A stretch of DNA of 64,000 nucleotides from an uncultured Defluviitaleaceae bacterium (GCA_964611385.1 CAZSXS010000004.1:1782-65781), one strand, 5' to 3'; shown: positions 23,214 to 32,624, numbered from the stretch's first letter. Translations and numbers: made by a program. Notes: generated by a model not told the origin, from the sequence alone.

Positions 23214-24083
23214 ATGAAATACAACAGTGCTGAACAATTGATTAAGCTTGCCGTTGAAAAAAAACTGCGCCTCTGCGACCTAGCCCTGGAGACGGAGTGT
23301 AAATTACAAGAAAGCAACCGGGAGAAGGTTCGGGAGGAGATTTCAAATGTCCTTTCGATCATGGAGGAAGCCGTGGAGAAGGCTTGCTTGAAGGAAGTCG
23401 TTTCCGTCAGCGGCTTAAGCGGTGGTGATGCCCTAAAACTCTCTCACTACAAGGAGGGGGAAAGCTTCTGCGGAAGCGCCGTTTTGGATGCAGTGGCTAA
23501 GGCGGTTTCTTCTTCTGAGGTCAATGCTTCTATGGGAAAAATTGTTGCCTTTCCCACAGCCGGTTCCTGCGGGATCGTGCCTGGCGCTTTGCTGTCGGCC
23601 TGGAAAAATAAAAATCTTGACCGAGAGCGCTTGATAGACGCACTTCTGACTGCTTCTGCCGTAGGCTTGATCATTGAAGCAAAGGCAACTTTGTCTGGGG
23701 CAGAGGGGGGCTGTCAGGCAGAGTGCGGTGCCGCTGCCGCTATGGCTGCAGCCGGGCTGATCCAGTTGGTTAGTGACGATATTTACCTTCCCTTTGAAGC
23801 AGCGGCCTTAGCGCTAAAAAACCTCCTGGGCCTTGTTTGCGATCCAGTCTGCGGCCTGGTGGAAATCCCCTGCATCAAGCGTAATGGTTTCGGCTCCGCT
23901 ATAGCCCTTGTGGCCGCCGACATGGCTTTGGCCGGCGTCAAGAGCAAAATTCCCTTTGATGAAGTGGTGGACGCCATGAGCCGAATTGGACGCGCTCTGC
24001 CAGTTGACTTGCGTGAAACCGCCCAAGGCGGCCTTGCCACGACCAAGACCGGAAAGGAATATGCAGAAAGGCTCAACTTATAA
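23214..24083 (+). CDS. sdaAA: L-serine dehydratase (Fe-S type) alpha-subunit homologue, no adjacent beta subunit
   Basis: Start ATG 23214 (GGAGGAG RBS). Motifs seen: PTAGSCGIVPGAL, GAEGGCQAECG and VCDPVCGLVEIPCI. Confidence 0.8.
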   Translation: MKYNSAEQLIKLAVEKKLRLCDLALETECKLQESNREKVREEISNVLSIMEEAVEKACLKEVVSVSGLSGGDALKLSHYKEGESFCGSAVLDAVAKAVSSSEVNASMGKIVAFPTAGSCGIVPGALLSAWKNKNLDRERLIDALLTASAVGLIIEAKATLSGAEGGCQAECGAAAAMAAAGLIQLVSDDIYLPFEAAALALKNLLGLVCDPVCGLVEIPCIKRNGFGSAIALVAADMALAGVKSKIPFDEVVDAMSRIGRALPVDLRETAQGGLATTKTGKEYAERLNL

Positions 24084-25021
24084 TGAAGACCTTATATATT
24101 TCCGACTTGGACGGCACCCTTTTGAACTCAGAAGCAAGGCTTTCGGAGTTCAGCCGAAACACCCTTAACCGCTTGATTCAGCAAGGCTTGCAGTTTAGTA
24201 TCGCAACAGCCCGGACGCCGGTAAGTACCCTTGCTATTTTGGAAGGCGTGCAGTTTTCTATTCCTATGGTTTTGATGAACGGCGCAGTGATCTATGATCC
24301 AGTAAAGCAAGCCTATCTGAAAGCCCATCTCATCGGTGAAACTGCTCTTTTTCGTCTCTTGGATCTGGTTAAGCAGCATTCCCTAGAAGGCTTTCTGTAC
24401 ACCTTGGAAAATGGCGTTTTCCACGCCAACTACGAGAGCTTGAACACGACCGATGCTCAGCGCTTTTATGAAGAACGGATCGAAACCTACGGCAAGGCCT
24501 TTCGAAAGACAGCTTCCTTTTATGACTGTAAAAGTGATCATCCGATTTACTTCACGCTTTGCAGTGAACATCATAACCTTTTACCCATCTATGAAGCGGC
24601 TTGCAAGATTAACGAAAGCACTGATGGGTTACCAATTCATGAGGCGGCAAACAAGATGGTCGAAAGCACAGATGGGTTACCCATCAATGAAGCAGCTCCC
24701 CAACCCCACCGTCAAGGAAGTCTGCATCTGGAGTTTTACAACGATGTGTACGACCGAAACATCTGGTATCTGGAAGCCAGCTCGCCGGAAGCTTCAAAAT
24801 ACAACGGCCTTCGTTATATTCAAAAAGAGTTTGGCTTTGAAAAGACCATTGCCTTTGGAGATAACTTAAACGATCTTTCCCTCTTTGCGGCCAGCGACGA
24901 AGGCTATGCTGTGGCCAACGCAAAGCCCCCACTGAAAGAAAAAGCTACAGCCGTTATTGCAGGAAACAACGAAGACGGGGTTGCGAAATGGTTGCTGCAA
25001 CATGCTAATTCAATTTGTTAA
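24083..25021 (+). CDS. HAD-superfamily Cof-type phosphatase with a duplicated insertion in the cap region
   Basis: Seen: DLDGTLLN motif I, ATARTP, and the C-terminal FGDNLNDLSLF...NA. The ATG overlaps the sdaAA stop (TAATG). Confidence 0.8.
   Translation: MKTLYISDLDGTLLNSEARLSEFSRNTLNRLIQQGLQFSIATARTPVSTLAILEGVQFSIPMVLMNGAVIYDPVKQAYLKAHLIGETALFRLLDLVKQHSLEGFLYTLENGVFHANYESLNTTDAQRFYEERIETYGKAFRKTASFYDCKSDHPIYFTLCSEHHNLLPIYEAACKINESTDGLPIHEAANKMVESTDGLPINEAAPQPHRQGSLHLEFYNDVYDRNIWYLEASSPEASKYNGLRYIQKEFGFEKTIAFGDNLNDLSLFAASDEGYAVANAKPPLKEKATAVIAGNNEDGVAKWLLQHANSIC
24587..24697 (+). repeat. 48-nt in-frame tandem duplication (2.3 copies) inside the HAD gene
   Basis: IYEAACKINESTDGLP / IHEAANKMVESTDGLP / INEAA, with the nucleotide units clearly related. 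Confidence 0.8.
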
Positions 25022-25026
25022 AGTAA

Positions 25027-25066
25027 AGAAGCCGCTGGTCTTTGTTAGACCAGACGGCTTCTTTTA
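25027..25066 (+). terminator. Rho-independent terminator after the HAD gene
   Basis: GAAGCCGCTGGTC...GACCAGACGGCTTC stem followed by TTTT. Confidence 0.7.
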
Positions 25067-25176
25067 TTTGCTATCTTATGGAATCATCCAAAGCCAGTAA
25101 ACATTCACGAAGTATTTCATAAAATGGTAGTGACATAGACTCAATCCCTACCAACCAACAGAAAGGAGCGCGAATC

Positions 25177-25458
25177 TTGAATATCATGATGGATGAAATT
25201 ATGCAAGTCTTACTGTCAAAGGGCTTTCAAAAAATTGTATGTCTCGATACGCTGACCATTGCACAGTTTAATGCGCTGTGTGCCTTATTGATCAAGAACA
25301 ATATCCCCTTTGATACAACCTATACCACTGGTACCCGTCGGGATGAGCCCTCCTTGCAGGTCACGATCTACATCAACCCTAAGACGACCCTTAACTATAC
25401 CTTTAACGGAACCGTACAAAACAGCGAGCCAAATGTGACCACACCCGGAAATACATAA
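25177..25458 (+). CDS. Hypothetical small protein (93 aa)
   Basis: An ORF with AGGAG 8 nt upstream of a TTG start, followed by the hairpin ACCCGAA...TTCGGGT. I recognised no motifs. Confidence 0.4.
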   Translation: MNIMMDEIMQVLLSKGFQKIVCLDTLTIAQFNALCALLIKNNIPFDTTYTTGTRRDEPSLQVTIYINPKTTLNYTFNGTVQNSEPNVTTPGNT

Positions 25459-25600
25459 AAAAACCCGAACACAGGGGGGATTGTATTCGGGTTATGGGGG
25501 GGATATTATACAAGCTTAACTTGTATTGCTGTTGCAATTATAATGATTGCCAAATTAATAAATTTTATACAAGGAAAATAAAAATTCTTAAAAATTATTA

Positions 25601-25660
25601 ATCTTTCAAAATTTCCTGGGATTATATCGCCCCCATGTCCGGCTTTTTTGAAAGATGAGG
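25601..25660 (-). repeat. Intergenic repeat family A, partial copy A6 (flank module only)
   Basis: ATCTTTCAAAATTTCCTGGGATTATATCGCCCCCATGTCCGGCTTTTTTGAAAG matches 28821-28880 and the reverse complement of 34861-34910. Confidence 0.7.
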
Positions 25661-25666
25661 ATTTAT

Positions 25667-25695
25667 TTGACAAACCTATTTTTTTAAACTATACT
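25667..25695 (+). promoter_or_regulatory. Candidate sigma-A promoter
   Basis: TTGACA, 17-nt spacer, TATACT, about 65 nt upstream of the 25761 gene. Confidence 0.45.
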
Positions 25696-25760
25696 CCCAC
25701 TGGAAAAGTTCAACAGAAAAAAACAAACAAAAGGTAAAACCATCGTAAAGGATTGAGACA

Positions 25761-26402
25761 ATGCCATTTCTGGGATTAATATTTATATTTATTTTTTTTG
25801 TATTCTATATTCAGTTTTTAATGCGCAAAGGATATTCGAATTATCGTAAAACTCAGGAGAAGGTTGAAGCGTATCTTGAAGAAGAAAGACAAGCTAACTT
25901 TTCCCGAAAAAAAGATATTGATGAACAAAGCTTTATCAAACCGGATTGGAGCAGACTCCCTCTAAATGAACTCAGCCCGACAAAGAAGGACATGCTCATG
26001 AAGCTAGGGCAGTCGAAAATGCTGCGTTTCGAAACGCCAATGACCAACCGGGAACTCAAATTAATGTATGGCATGGCAAATTTTGAAGCTGTGATCGCCT
26101 ATGAAGAAACTTTCCAAAAATTTTCAAGAGAGCTTTTGGAATGGGCGGAAGGATTATACAAAGGGGGAAAAAATGAAGCTTGCTTGGTGGTGCTGGAAGA
26201 GTTGATCCGATTAAACAGTGAATTGAGCCGCGTATATTTCCTTTATACGGATTTGATTTGCGAGAACCAAGAGGTAAAAAACAAAAAATTGGTCGATAAA
26301 TTGGACGATTTAAGCATCCTAGTGAAAAATTTACACATGAACGATGTTATAAAAACAAAAATTTTAAATTATATTAATGATAAAATTAGTTTGTTTTTAT
26401 AA
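25761..26402 (+). CDS. N-terminally membrane-anchored hypothetical protein (213 aa)
   Basis: One N-terminal TM (FLGLIFIFIFFVFYIQFL) followed by a helical, charged body. No recognisable catalytic motif. Confidence 0.6.
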   Translation: MPFLGLIFIFIFFVFYIQFLMRKGYSNYRKTQEKVEAYLEEERQANFSRKKDIDEQSFIKPDWSRLPLNELSPTKKDMLMKLGQSKMLRFETPMTNRELKLMYGMANFEAVIAYEETFQKFSRELLEWAEGLYKGGKNEACLVVLEELIRLNSELSRVYFLYTDLICENQEVKNKKLVDKLDDLSILVKNLHMNDVIKTKILNYINDKISLFL

Positions 26403-26439
26403 CAAAACAACTGCGGCATAGTCGCAAACGGAGGCCTCA

Positions 26440-27714
26440 ATGAATATCGGGATATTTACAGACACTTATTTTCCGCAAATCAGCGGTGTTGCAACTTCAA
26501 CAAAAATGTTAGCCAGGGAACTGAACAAGCTGGGTCACAAGGTGTACATTTTTACCACGGATGATCCAAAGGCCGAGAAAACACCTTATGTTTTCCGGCT
26601 ACCTAGCATGCCTTTCCTTTTCTTACCTTCGCGCAGGGTAGCATACCTGTACCCTCCAAAGCTGCTATTAAAGATGAAAAGCCTTGATTTAGATATCATT
26701 CATACACAAACCGAATTTCCTATGGGGATCTTTGGGCGGGTGGTTGCGGAGTTTTTATCCATTCCAACCGTACACACCTATCACACCATGTATGAAGACT
26801 ACGTTCACTACGTTGCAAATGGAAAATTGATCAGCCCCAATGCTGCCAAGCAGTATGTTAAATTATTTTGCAAAGGAGCCAAGACCATCATTACGCCTGT
26901 GGAAAAGGCAAAGAAGAGGCTGGTTGAATTCGGGGTTTCGAAGGACATACAGGTTGTTCCCAGCGGCATTGATTTTACGCCCTTCCAACGGGGCAAGTAC
27001 AGCCAAGAGGAAATCAACGCTGCTAAAGAAGCCCTGGGCTTAAATCTGACCGACCCCATCGTCATTACCGTAGGGCGGGTAGCAAGGGAAAAGAGCATTG
27101 ATGTTACCCTAAAGCAGATGCCAAAGCTTTTGGAACTGATGCCAGAGGCAAAGTTTGTTATCGTGGGGGACGGACCTTATTTGAAGGATCTAAAAGCCAT
27201 GGCCAAGAGCCTTTCGGTTGAAAACGCCGTAATTTTTGCCGGGCCCCAGCCCTGGGACAGCATTGGCTTATACTACCAAATGGGGGATGTTTTTGTTACT
27301 GCTTCAACCTCTGAAACCCAAGGCCTTACGCACATTGAGGCCATGGCGGCAGGTGTGCCTGTCATTGTAAAAAAGGACTTAAGCTTTGAGGCCATCGTCC
27401 TTGATCAGGAGACGGGACTGGTGTTTAAGCAGGATGAGGAACTTACACACTGCATTTACAGAGTACTTAGCGACAAGTCTTTCGCCCAAAAATTGGTTGA
27501 AGGAGCCTATGAGATTATCAAGCCCCTGTCCTGTGAGGAATTTGCGAAGAGGATCCTTGAAATTTATATCAAGACTCTAGAAAGACATAGCCCTCCCAGA
27601 ACCAAAATTACCCTGACTCCCCTGATTAATAAAATCCGGGTCTTGAAAGATTTTACCCTCCGTAGAAAGAACGGGGTTGATGCGGTTGAAATGGAAAAAG
27701 AAAATATAATATAA
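26440..27714 (+). CDS. GT4-family glycosyltransferase, probable glycolipid (glucosyl-diacylglycerol-type) synthase
   Basis: N-terminal MNIGIFTDTYFPQISGVA and the EX7E motif ETQGLTHIE...AMAAGVPVIV. The glycolipid role is inferred from resemblance to diacylglycerol glucosyltransferases and is unverified. Confidence 0.8.
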   Translation: MNIGIFTDTYFPQISGVATSTKMLARELNKLGHKVYIFTTDDPKAEKTPYVFRLPSMPFLFLPSRRVAYLYPPKLLLKMKSLDLDIIHTQTEFPMGIFGRVVAEFLSIPTVHTYHTMYEDYVHYVANGKLISPNAAKQYVKLFCKGAKTIITPVEKAKKRLVEFGVSKDIQVVPSGIDFTPFQRGKYSQEEINAAKEALGLNLTDPIVITVGRVAREKSIDVTLKQMPKLLELMPEAKFVIVGDGPYLKDLKAMAKSLSVENAVIFAGPQPWDSIGLYYQMGDVFVTASTSETQGLTHIEAMAAGVPVIVKKDLSFEAIVLDQETGLVFKQDEELTHCIYRVLSDKSFAQKLVEGAYEIIKPLSCEEFAKRILEIYIKTLERHSPPRTKITLTPLINKIRVLKDFTLRRKNGVDAVEMEKENII

Positions 27715-27881
27715 GTAAACATGGGATTGGCGCATACACACTTTTCTGAAACAGGCTGTGTTCAAGAATTCCTTGGACATAGCCTTTCTTGTATCCTCTG
27801 TTGTAATTAAAAGCAAAGCCGAGTATAATGAGGAAAAAGTGTAGAAATATGCTTTTTATTTTTTCATGACGTGAGGTATAG

Positions 27882-28589
27882 ATGAAATTACAACTATTAT
27901 TAAGTTATGTGCGAAAAGCCTGTGACGATTACGGGATGATACAGGACGGAGACAAGATTGCCGTTGGGATTTCTGGCGGAAAGGACAGTTTGACGCTTTT
28001 ACTTGCGTTGAAAAATTTACAGCGCTTTTATCCTGCCAAGTTTGAGCTTGTTGCGATCACGGTTTCCCTTGGTTTGCCGGGTTTTGATACCACGGAAATA
28101 CGAGCCTTTAGCGAAAATCTGGGCGTACCTTATTATTTGGTGGAGACGGACATTGGAGAAATCACAATGTCGCAAAAGAACCCCTGCTCCTTATGTGCCA
28201 AGATGCGAAAGGGTGCATTAAACGACAAGGCCGTAGAGCTTGGCTGCAACAAGGTTGCATTAGGGCACAACAAGGACGATGTGGTAGAGACTTTTCTACT
28301 CTCTCTTTTTTATGAAGGGCGCTTTCATGTATTTAGTCCGGTTACATACTGGGATCGAAAGAACATTCATTCCATACGGCCACTTTCCTATGTACCCGAG
28401 AAGGACATTATATCCTTTAAGAACAAAAATCAGCTTCCAGTTTTAAAAAATCCATGTTCCGTTGACGGGCACACAAAAAGGGCTGAGGTTAAGAATCTAG
28501 TCAAGGAATACAACGAGCGTTTCGGCAACTTCGACGAGAAGCTTTTCGGTGCCATCCGCCGTGAGGGATTGGACGGATGGAAAATCTAA
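27882..28589 (+). CDS. ttcA: PP-loop ATPase of the TtcA (tRNA 2-thiocytidine) family
   Basis: PP-loop GISGGKDSLTLL, cysteine motif NPCSLCAKMRKG, and GHNKDD. Confidence 0.75.
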   Translation: MKLQLLLSYVRKACDDYGMIQDGDKIAVGISGGKDSLTLLLALKNLQRFYPAKFELVAITVSLGLPGFDTTEIRAFSENLGVPYYLVETDIGEITMSQKNPCSLCAKMRKGALNDKAVELGCNKVALGHNKDDVVETFLLSLFYEGRFHVFSPVTYWDRKNIHSIRPLSYVPEKDIISFKNKNQLPVLKNPCSVDGHTKRAEVKNLVKEYNERFGNFDEKLFGAIRREGLDGWKI

Positions 28590-28617
28590 AACAAGACCAA
28601 GATTAAAAAGAAAGATC

Positions 28618-28723
28618 AAAACCGTGGGGGGAAGGAGAAGAAAACTTTTTTCAAACGGCGAAAAAAGTTTTCTTCTCCTTCCCCCCACACCCCCTATCCT
28701 CCTCTTTCAAAAAAGCCGGACAT
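28618..28723 (+). repeat. Intergenic repeat family A, copy A2
   Basis: AAAACCGTGGGGGG, a 26-bp-stem hairpin (28625-28650 / 28660-28686, loop CAAACGGCG), then ...TTTCAAAAAAGCCGGACAT. Confidence 0.85.
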
Positions 28724-28730
28724 AGTCTTG

Positions 28731-28767
28731 TGTGGTGGCTTTGCAAAGCTTAACGATACTGAGTATA
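28731..28767 (-). repeat. Intergenic repeat family C, partial copy C3 (one end)
   Basis: GGTGGCTTTGCAAAGCTTAACGATACTGAGTATA matches the ends of C1 and C2. Confidence 0.65.
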
Positions 28768-28820
28768 GTATAGATCAATGAAATATAGAAAGAATTTAAA
28801 CTATGCTTTAGCAGTCTCAA

Positions 28821-28934
28821 ATCTTTCAAAATCTCGTAGGATCCTCAATCATAACCCCATGTCCGGCTTTTTTGAAAGGTGGAGAAAGGGGAGGTTAGCC
28901 AACAAGTTTTCCGCCTCCCTCCCCCACGGTTTTT
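28821..28934 (-). repeat. Intergenic repeat family A, copy A4 (inverted orientation, variant core)
   Basis: ATCTTTCAAAAT...CCCCATGTCCGGCTTTTTTGAAAGGTGGAGAAAGGGGAGG...CCTCCCTCCCCCACGGTTTTT. It shares both termini with A1-A3 but has a different internal hairpin. Confidence 0.75.
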
Positions 28935-28975
28935 GAGAGACCCTTAATTTTAAAATAAGAAAGGAATTTTATTAT

Positions 28976-29224
28976 ATGTTTACATTTATACCAAATGGTG
29001 TTTGTTCAAGAGAAATTCAAGTGGATGTGAAGAACGGCGTTGTAGGCAGCATTGAGTTTGTTGGGGGCTGCAACGGGAACTTGAAGGGAATCAGCCAACT
29101 GGTTTCTGGCATGAAGGTGGATGAGGCGATTAAAAGACTGAAGGGCATTACCTGCGGCAGTAAGCACAGTTCCTGCCCTGATCAGTTAGCTGTGGCCTTG
29201 GAACAGGCTATTCGTGAGGGGTGA
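28976..29224 (+). CDS. TSCPD-domain small protein (TIGR03905-like)
   Basis: 82 aa with VGGCNGNLKGISQL and CGSKHSSCPDQLA, characteristic of the family. Confidence 0.75.
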   Translation: MFTFIPNGVCSREIQVDVKNGVVGSIEFVGGCNGNLKGISQLVSGMKVDEAIKRLKGITCGSKHSSCPDQLAVALEQAIREG

Positions 29225-29228
29225 AGCG

Positions 29229-30173
29229 ATGAATACAAACGGCAAAACCGAAAAGCGTGATAGCAAAATTCATTTGGTCAAAGCAAACATTGAAAAGGTT
29301 ATTGTCGGTAAGAGTAAAGAAATTGAACTGGTTTTGGCTGCGCTCTTGGCAAATGGTCATGTGCTTCTGGAGGATACTCCGGGGACAGGGAAGACCATCC
29401 TTGCCAAGTCTTTGGCAGCGTCCATTCATTGCGATTTTGGGCGGGTTCAGTTTACGCCGGACTTGCTGCCCTCTGACTTGGTGGGTCTTAATTTTTACAA
29501 CCCAAAGGATGGATCCTTCACCTTCAGAAAGGGCGCTATTTTTACAAACATACTGCTGGCAGATGAAATCAACCGAGCCACACCCCGTACACAATCCGGT
29601 CTGCTGGAAAGCATGGAGGAAAAGCAAATTACGGTGGATGGCGTTACTTATGTTCTGGATGCTCCTTATTTTGTCATTGCCACCCAGAACCCCATTGAAA
29701 CCCAAGGCACCTTTCCCTTACCAGAGGCCCAGTTGGATCGCTTCTTGATTCGGCTGTCCTTGGGATACCCCAGTACAGAGGAAAGTACGCAAATATTAAA
29801 GCGCTTTGTGGAGAACAATCCCTTGACGGATTTAAAGCCGGTCATTGAAAAAAGCGAATTGCTCGCCATGCAAAAGGCTTCAAGCGCCGTTCATATTGCA
29901 GAAGATGTTTATGCCTACATCACTCGACTCTGTGAGGAGACTAGAAAGCATGATGCTGTTACCCTTGGCATCAGCACCCGAGGCGCTCTTGCCCTTGCGA
30001 GGCTGTCCCAGGCTTTTGCTTTCATTCAGGGCAGAGACTTTGTCAATCCCGATGACGTCAAAAGCCTCTTACCGTCTGTTTTCGGGCACAGGCTTATTGT
30101 TCGCGGCAACAAGACGAGCAGCGTGATTCAAGAGGTATTGCAGGGAGTGAAGGTTCCTACAGAAAACTGGTAG
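29229..30173 (+). CDS. MoxR-family AAA+ ATPase
   Basis: Start ATG 29229. Walker A EDTPGTGKT, Walker B LLADEINRA, and the QNPIE...LPEAQLDRF pattern. Confidence 0.85.
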   Translation: MNTNGKTEKRDSKIHLVKANIEKVIVGKSKEIELVLAALLANGHVLLEDTPGTGKTILAKSLAASIHCDFGRVQFTPDLLPSDLVGLNFYNPKDGSFTFRKGAIFTNILLADEINRATPRTQSGLLESMEEKQITVDGVTYVLDAPYFVIATQNPIETQGTFPLPEAQLDRFLIRLSLGYPSTEESTQILKRFVENNPLTDLKPVIEKSELLAMQKASSAVHIAEDVYAYITRLCEETRKHDAVTLGISTRGALALARLSQAFAFIQGRDFVNPDDVKSLLPSVFGHRLIVRGNKTSSVIQEVLQGVKVPTENW

Positions 30174-30221
30174 GAGGGTCGGATCAGTTGCATACCTTGC
30201 CTGATCAGATTGGGGGGAATT

Positions 30222-31343
30222 ATGGCAATCATTGGATTGATTGTGGTGGTGGCACTACTCGTTACGGTACAGGAACGGCTGTATCGGCGGTTTTGGAGCA
30301 AAAAGCTGTCTCTGTCTTTGGAGTTTTCGACCAAGACGGTTTTTGAGGGGGAAAAGCTTTTCTTGACCGAAAAGGTATCCAATGCCAAGATTTTGCCGCT
30401 TCCGTGGCTTTGCGTAAAGCTTCAGCTTTCACGGAAGCTTTTTTTTATAGGCGATAAGTACGACAATATCCATGTTTCCGATTACCTGTATAGAAATGAC
30501 TTGTACAGCGTGATGTTCTATCAAAAAATCACCAGAAAGCTGCCTCTGATCTGCTTATCCCGGGGTTACTATACTATCAAAAGCGCAGACTTGGTAAGTA
30601 GCAATATTCTAATTTCCGAAAAATTAATCATTCCCGTCCCCTGCAACACAAGTGTGACGGTTTATCCAAAGCTTATCAACACACCCCTTTTGGAGTTTCC
30701 CTTCCAAAAGATTTACGGCGCTGTTCTGACCAAGCGCTTTATCAATCCTGATCCCTTTGAATTCCGGGGGATGAGGGAGTATGAGCCTTACGATGATTTC
30801 AAGTCGATTAATTACAAGGCTTCGGCTCGGGTTGGAAAGCTGATGGTCAACCTCTATGGTTATACCAACGACATGGAGGTGCTACTGATACTGAACCTGC
30901 AAAAGTATAGCGCCTGGTCCTCAGAGCTGATTTTTGAGGACAGCATACGCCTGGCTGCCTCTTTGGCAAAGCTTTTGCTTGAAAAGGGCATTTCGGTGGG
31001 TCTTCTTTCCAATGGTCGGGATATCATTACCGACACCCCCATTCACATTAAGCCTGGTTCTGGCAGTAATCACTTGTTAAATATCTATGAGGCTTTGGCC
31101 AGGATAGACCTTGGAAAGGAAGCTTTGCCCTTCGAAGCATCCCAAGGGGATCCCTCGGTGATTTCTGTTTTCATTTCCACAAATCACGAGCCCCAAACGT
31201 TACAGTTTTATGAAAGGCTACAGTCGGCGGGCTGGATCTTGCCTTACTTTCGGGAGATGACGATTAAGCTTCCGATCGACTATGTGCCATGGGAGGTGAT
31301 CTGGGATGACCAAGGTCAGAAAGCTGATTCCGCCGCTCTGTAA
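30222..31343 (+). CDS. DUF58-family protein (MoxR partner)
   Basis: An N-terminal TM, FRGMREYEPYDDFKSINYKASARVGKLMV (DUF58 signature region), and the position directly after moxR. Confidence 0.75.
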   Translation: MAIIGLIVVVALLVTVQERLYRRFWSKKLSLSLEFSTKTVFEGEKLFLTEKVSNAKILPLPWLCVKLQLSRKLFFIGDKYDNIHVSDYLYRNDLYSVMFYQKITRKLPLICLSRGYYTIKSADLVSSNILISEKLIIPVPCNTSVTVYPKLINTPLLEFPFQKIYGAVLTKRFINPDPFEFRGMREYEPYDDFKSINYKASARVGKLMVNLYGYTNDMEVLLILNLQKYSAWSSELIFEDSIRLAASLAKLLLEKGISVGLLSNGRDIITDTPIHIKPGSGSNHLLNIYEALARIDLGKEALPFEASQGDPSVISVFISTNHEPQTLQFYERLQSAGWILPYFREMTIKLPIDYVPWEVIWDDQGQKADSAAL

Positions 31344-32457
31344 TGAGCTATGGTTTTTCTTTTTCCTTGCTGGGATTTTTTCCTTGCCTTCCTGGATGGT
31401 TTTAAAGAATGTTTCGTACATTACTCTTTTCCTGATCCCCATCCTTTTAAGCTTTCTCATCCGCAAGACTGTGAAGAATTTCTTCCTGTTTTTGGGCTTG
31501 AATCTTCTGTTTGTTTTACCGGTTTTTGCGCTTGATTTATACCAAAGCTTGTTTTATGGCGCCTTTTTTCTCTTTCTCTTTTTTAACACCTTTATCAAGC
31601 GACTGAAACCGTACCAGGAACTAAGTTTTAGCGCCATCGTCGTTGTGCTGGGCTTGAACATTGCGGTTTCCGTCTCAGCCAGTGTACTGGGCTATAAGCA
31701 GATTCCTCCCTACATGTTTATCTATTCCCTCCTAGCCGTGCTGACCTTCCTGATTTCATCTCAGATTCGGAAAGTTGACTATTCCTTAGAATTAATTACC
31801 GCAACCACCTTCCAGCCGGTTGATCGAATTCTGAGCTTCAACAACCGTACTTTCCTTCTTTTTGCGGGAATCCTTCTCGTGCTAAGCGTTGGTTCGTTGC
31901 TCATTGATTTCGAAGGGTACATCTATGGACTTTTGGGTTTGATATTGACGGGAATCCGCTACCTGGCTTCTTTACAGAAGCCTGAGTTACCAGGAGAGCC
32001 CCTGGTGGAGGTAACGCCTCCGCCGCCACCTCCTGCTACGATGGGTCGATTTCCCCTTGATCCGGGCAAAGAAAACTTTATTGTGAAACTGATCGAAGAG
32101 ATCATTATGTTTCTGATGCAGATTGTCTTGGTGTTGGGCTTTATCGGCTTGATTCTATACGCTGCCTATCTGCTCTACAAAAAATTCTATTCGGTTAAGA
32201 AGAGCGACGATATAGTAGAATTTATTTCTCCAGAAACTTCATTGGAAAGAATGCTTCAAAGCATCAAAACGAGTTTCCTCGGGCCTTCCAATAAGCTAAG
32301 ACGCATTTATTTTAAGAAAGTCAAGTCCTATATCAAAAAAGGAAGCAGCATCCAGTCCTCCGATACCACAGCGGAGATTCAGGAGAAGTTGTCCAGCTTT
32401 GAAGATATCAGCGAGCTGACAGGGAAGTATGAGCAGGTTCGTTATGGGAAGGAATGA
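31306..32457 (+). CDS. Polytopic membrane protein with C-terminal DUF4129-like domain
   Basis: About 7 hydrophobic segments, a PPPPPP tract, and the C-terminal TAEIQEKLSSFEDISELTGKYEQVRYGKE, which resembles the DUF4129 ...RYG ending. It overlaps the DUF58 gene by 38 nt. Confidence 0.6.
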   Translation: MTKVRKLIPPLCNELWFFFFLAGIFSLPSWMVLKNVSYITLFLIPILLSFLIRKTVKNFFLFLGLNLLFVLPVFALDLYQSLFYGAFFLFLFFNTFIKRLKPYQELSFSAIVVVLGLNIAVSVSASVLGYKQIPPYMFIYSLLAVLTFLISSQIRKVDYSLELITATTFQPVDRILSFNNRTFLLFAGILLVLSVGSLLIDFEGYIYGLLGLILTGIRYLASLQKPELPGEPLVEVTPPPPPPATMGRFPLDPGKENFIVKLIEEIIMFLMQIVLVLGFIGLILYAAYLLYKKFYSVKKSDDIVEFISPETSLERMLQSIKTSFLGPSNKLRRIYFKKVKSYIKKGSSIQSSDTTAEIQEKLSSFEDISELTGKYEQVRYGKE

Positions 32458-32512
32458 ATGCTGTGAAATCGGTATGCTATTCCCATAAGTAGATTATACT
32501 GAAAGCTAAAAT

Positions 32513-32550
32513 GCATTTGGGTGTTCTTTTCATGCCCAAGTGCTTTTTTT
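32513..32550 (+). terminator. Rho-independent terminator after the MoxR operon
   Basis: GCATTTGGGT (32513-32522) pairs with GCCCAAGTGC (32534-43) using G-U wobbles, then TTTTTTT. Confidence 0.6.
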
Positions 32551-32624
32551 GTTGTGAATAATTCCATCCATACTCGGCACCCTAACGACTTTTCTAAAAA
32601 GCTCCCCCTCACCAAAACACAGGA

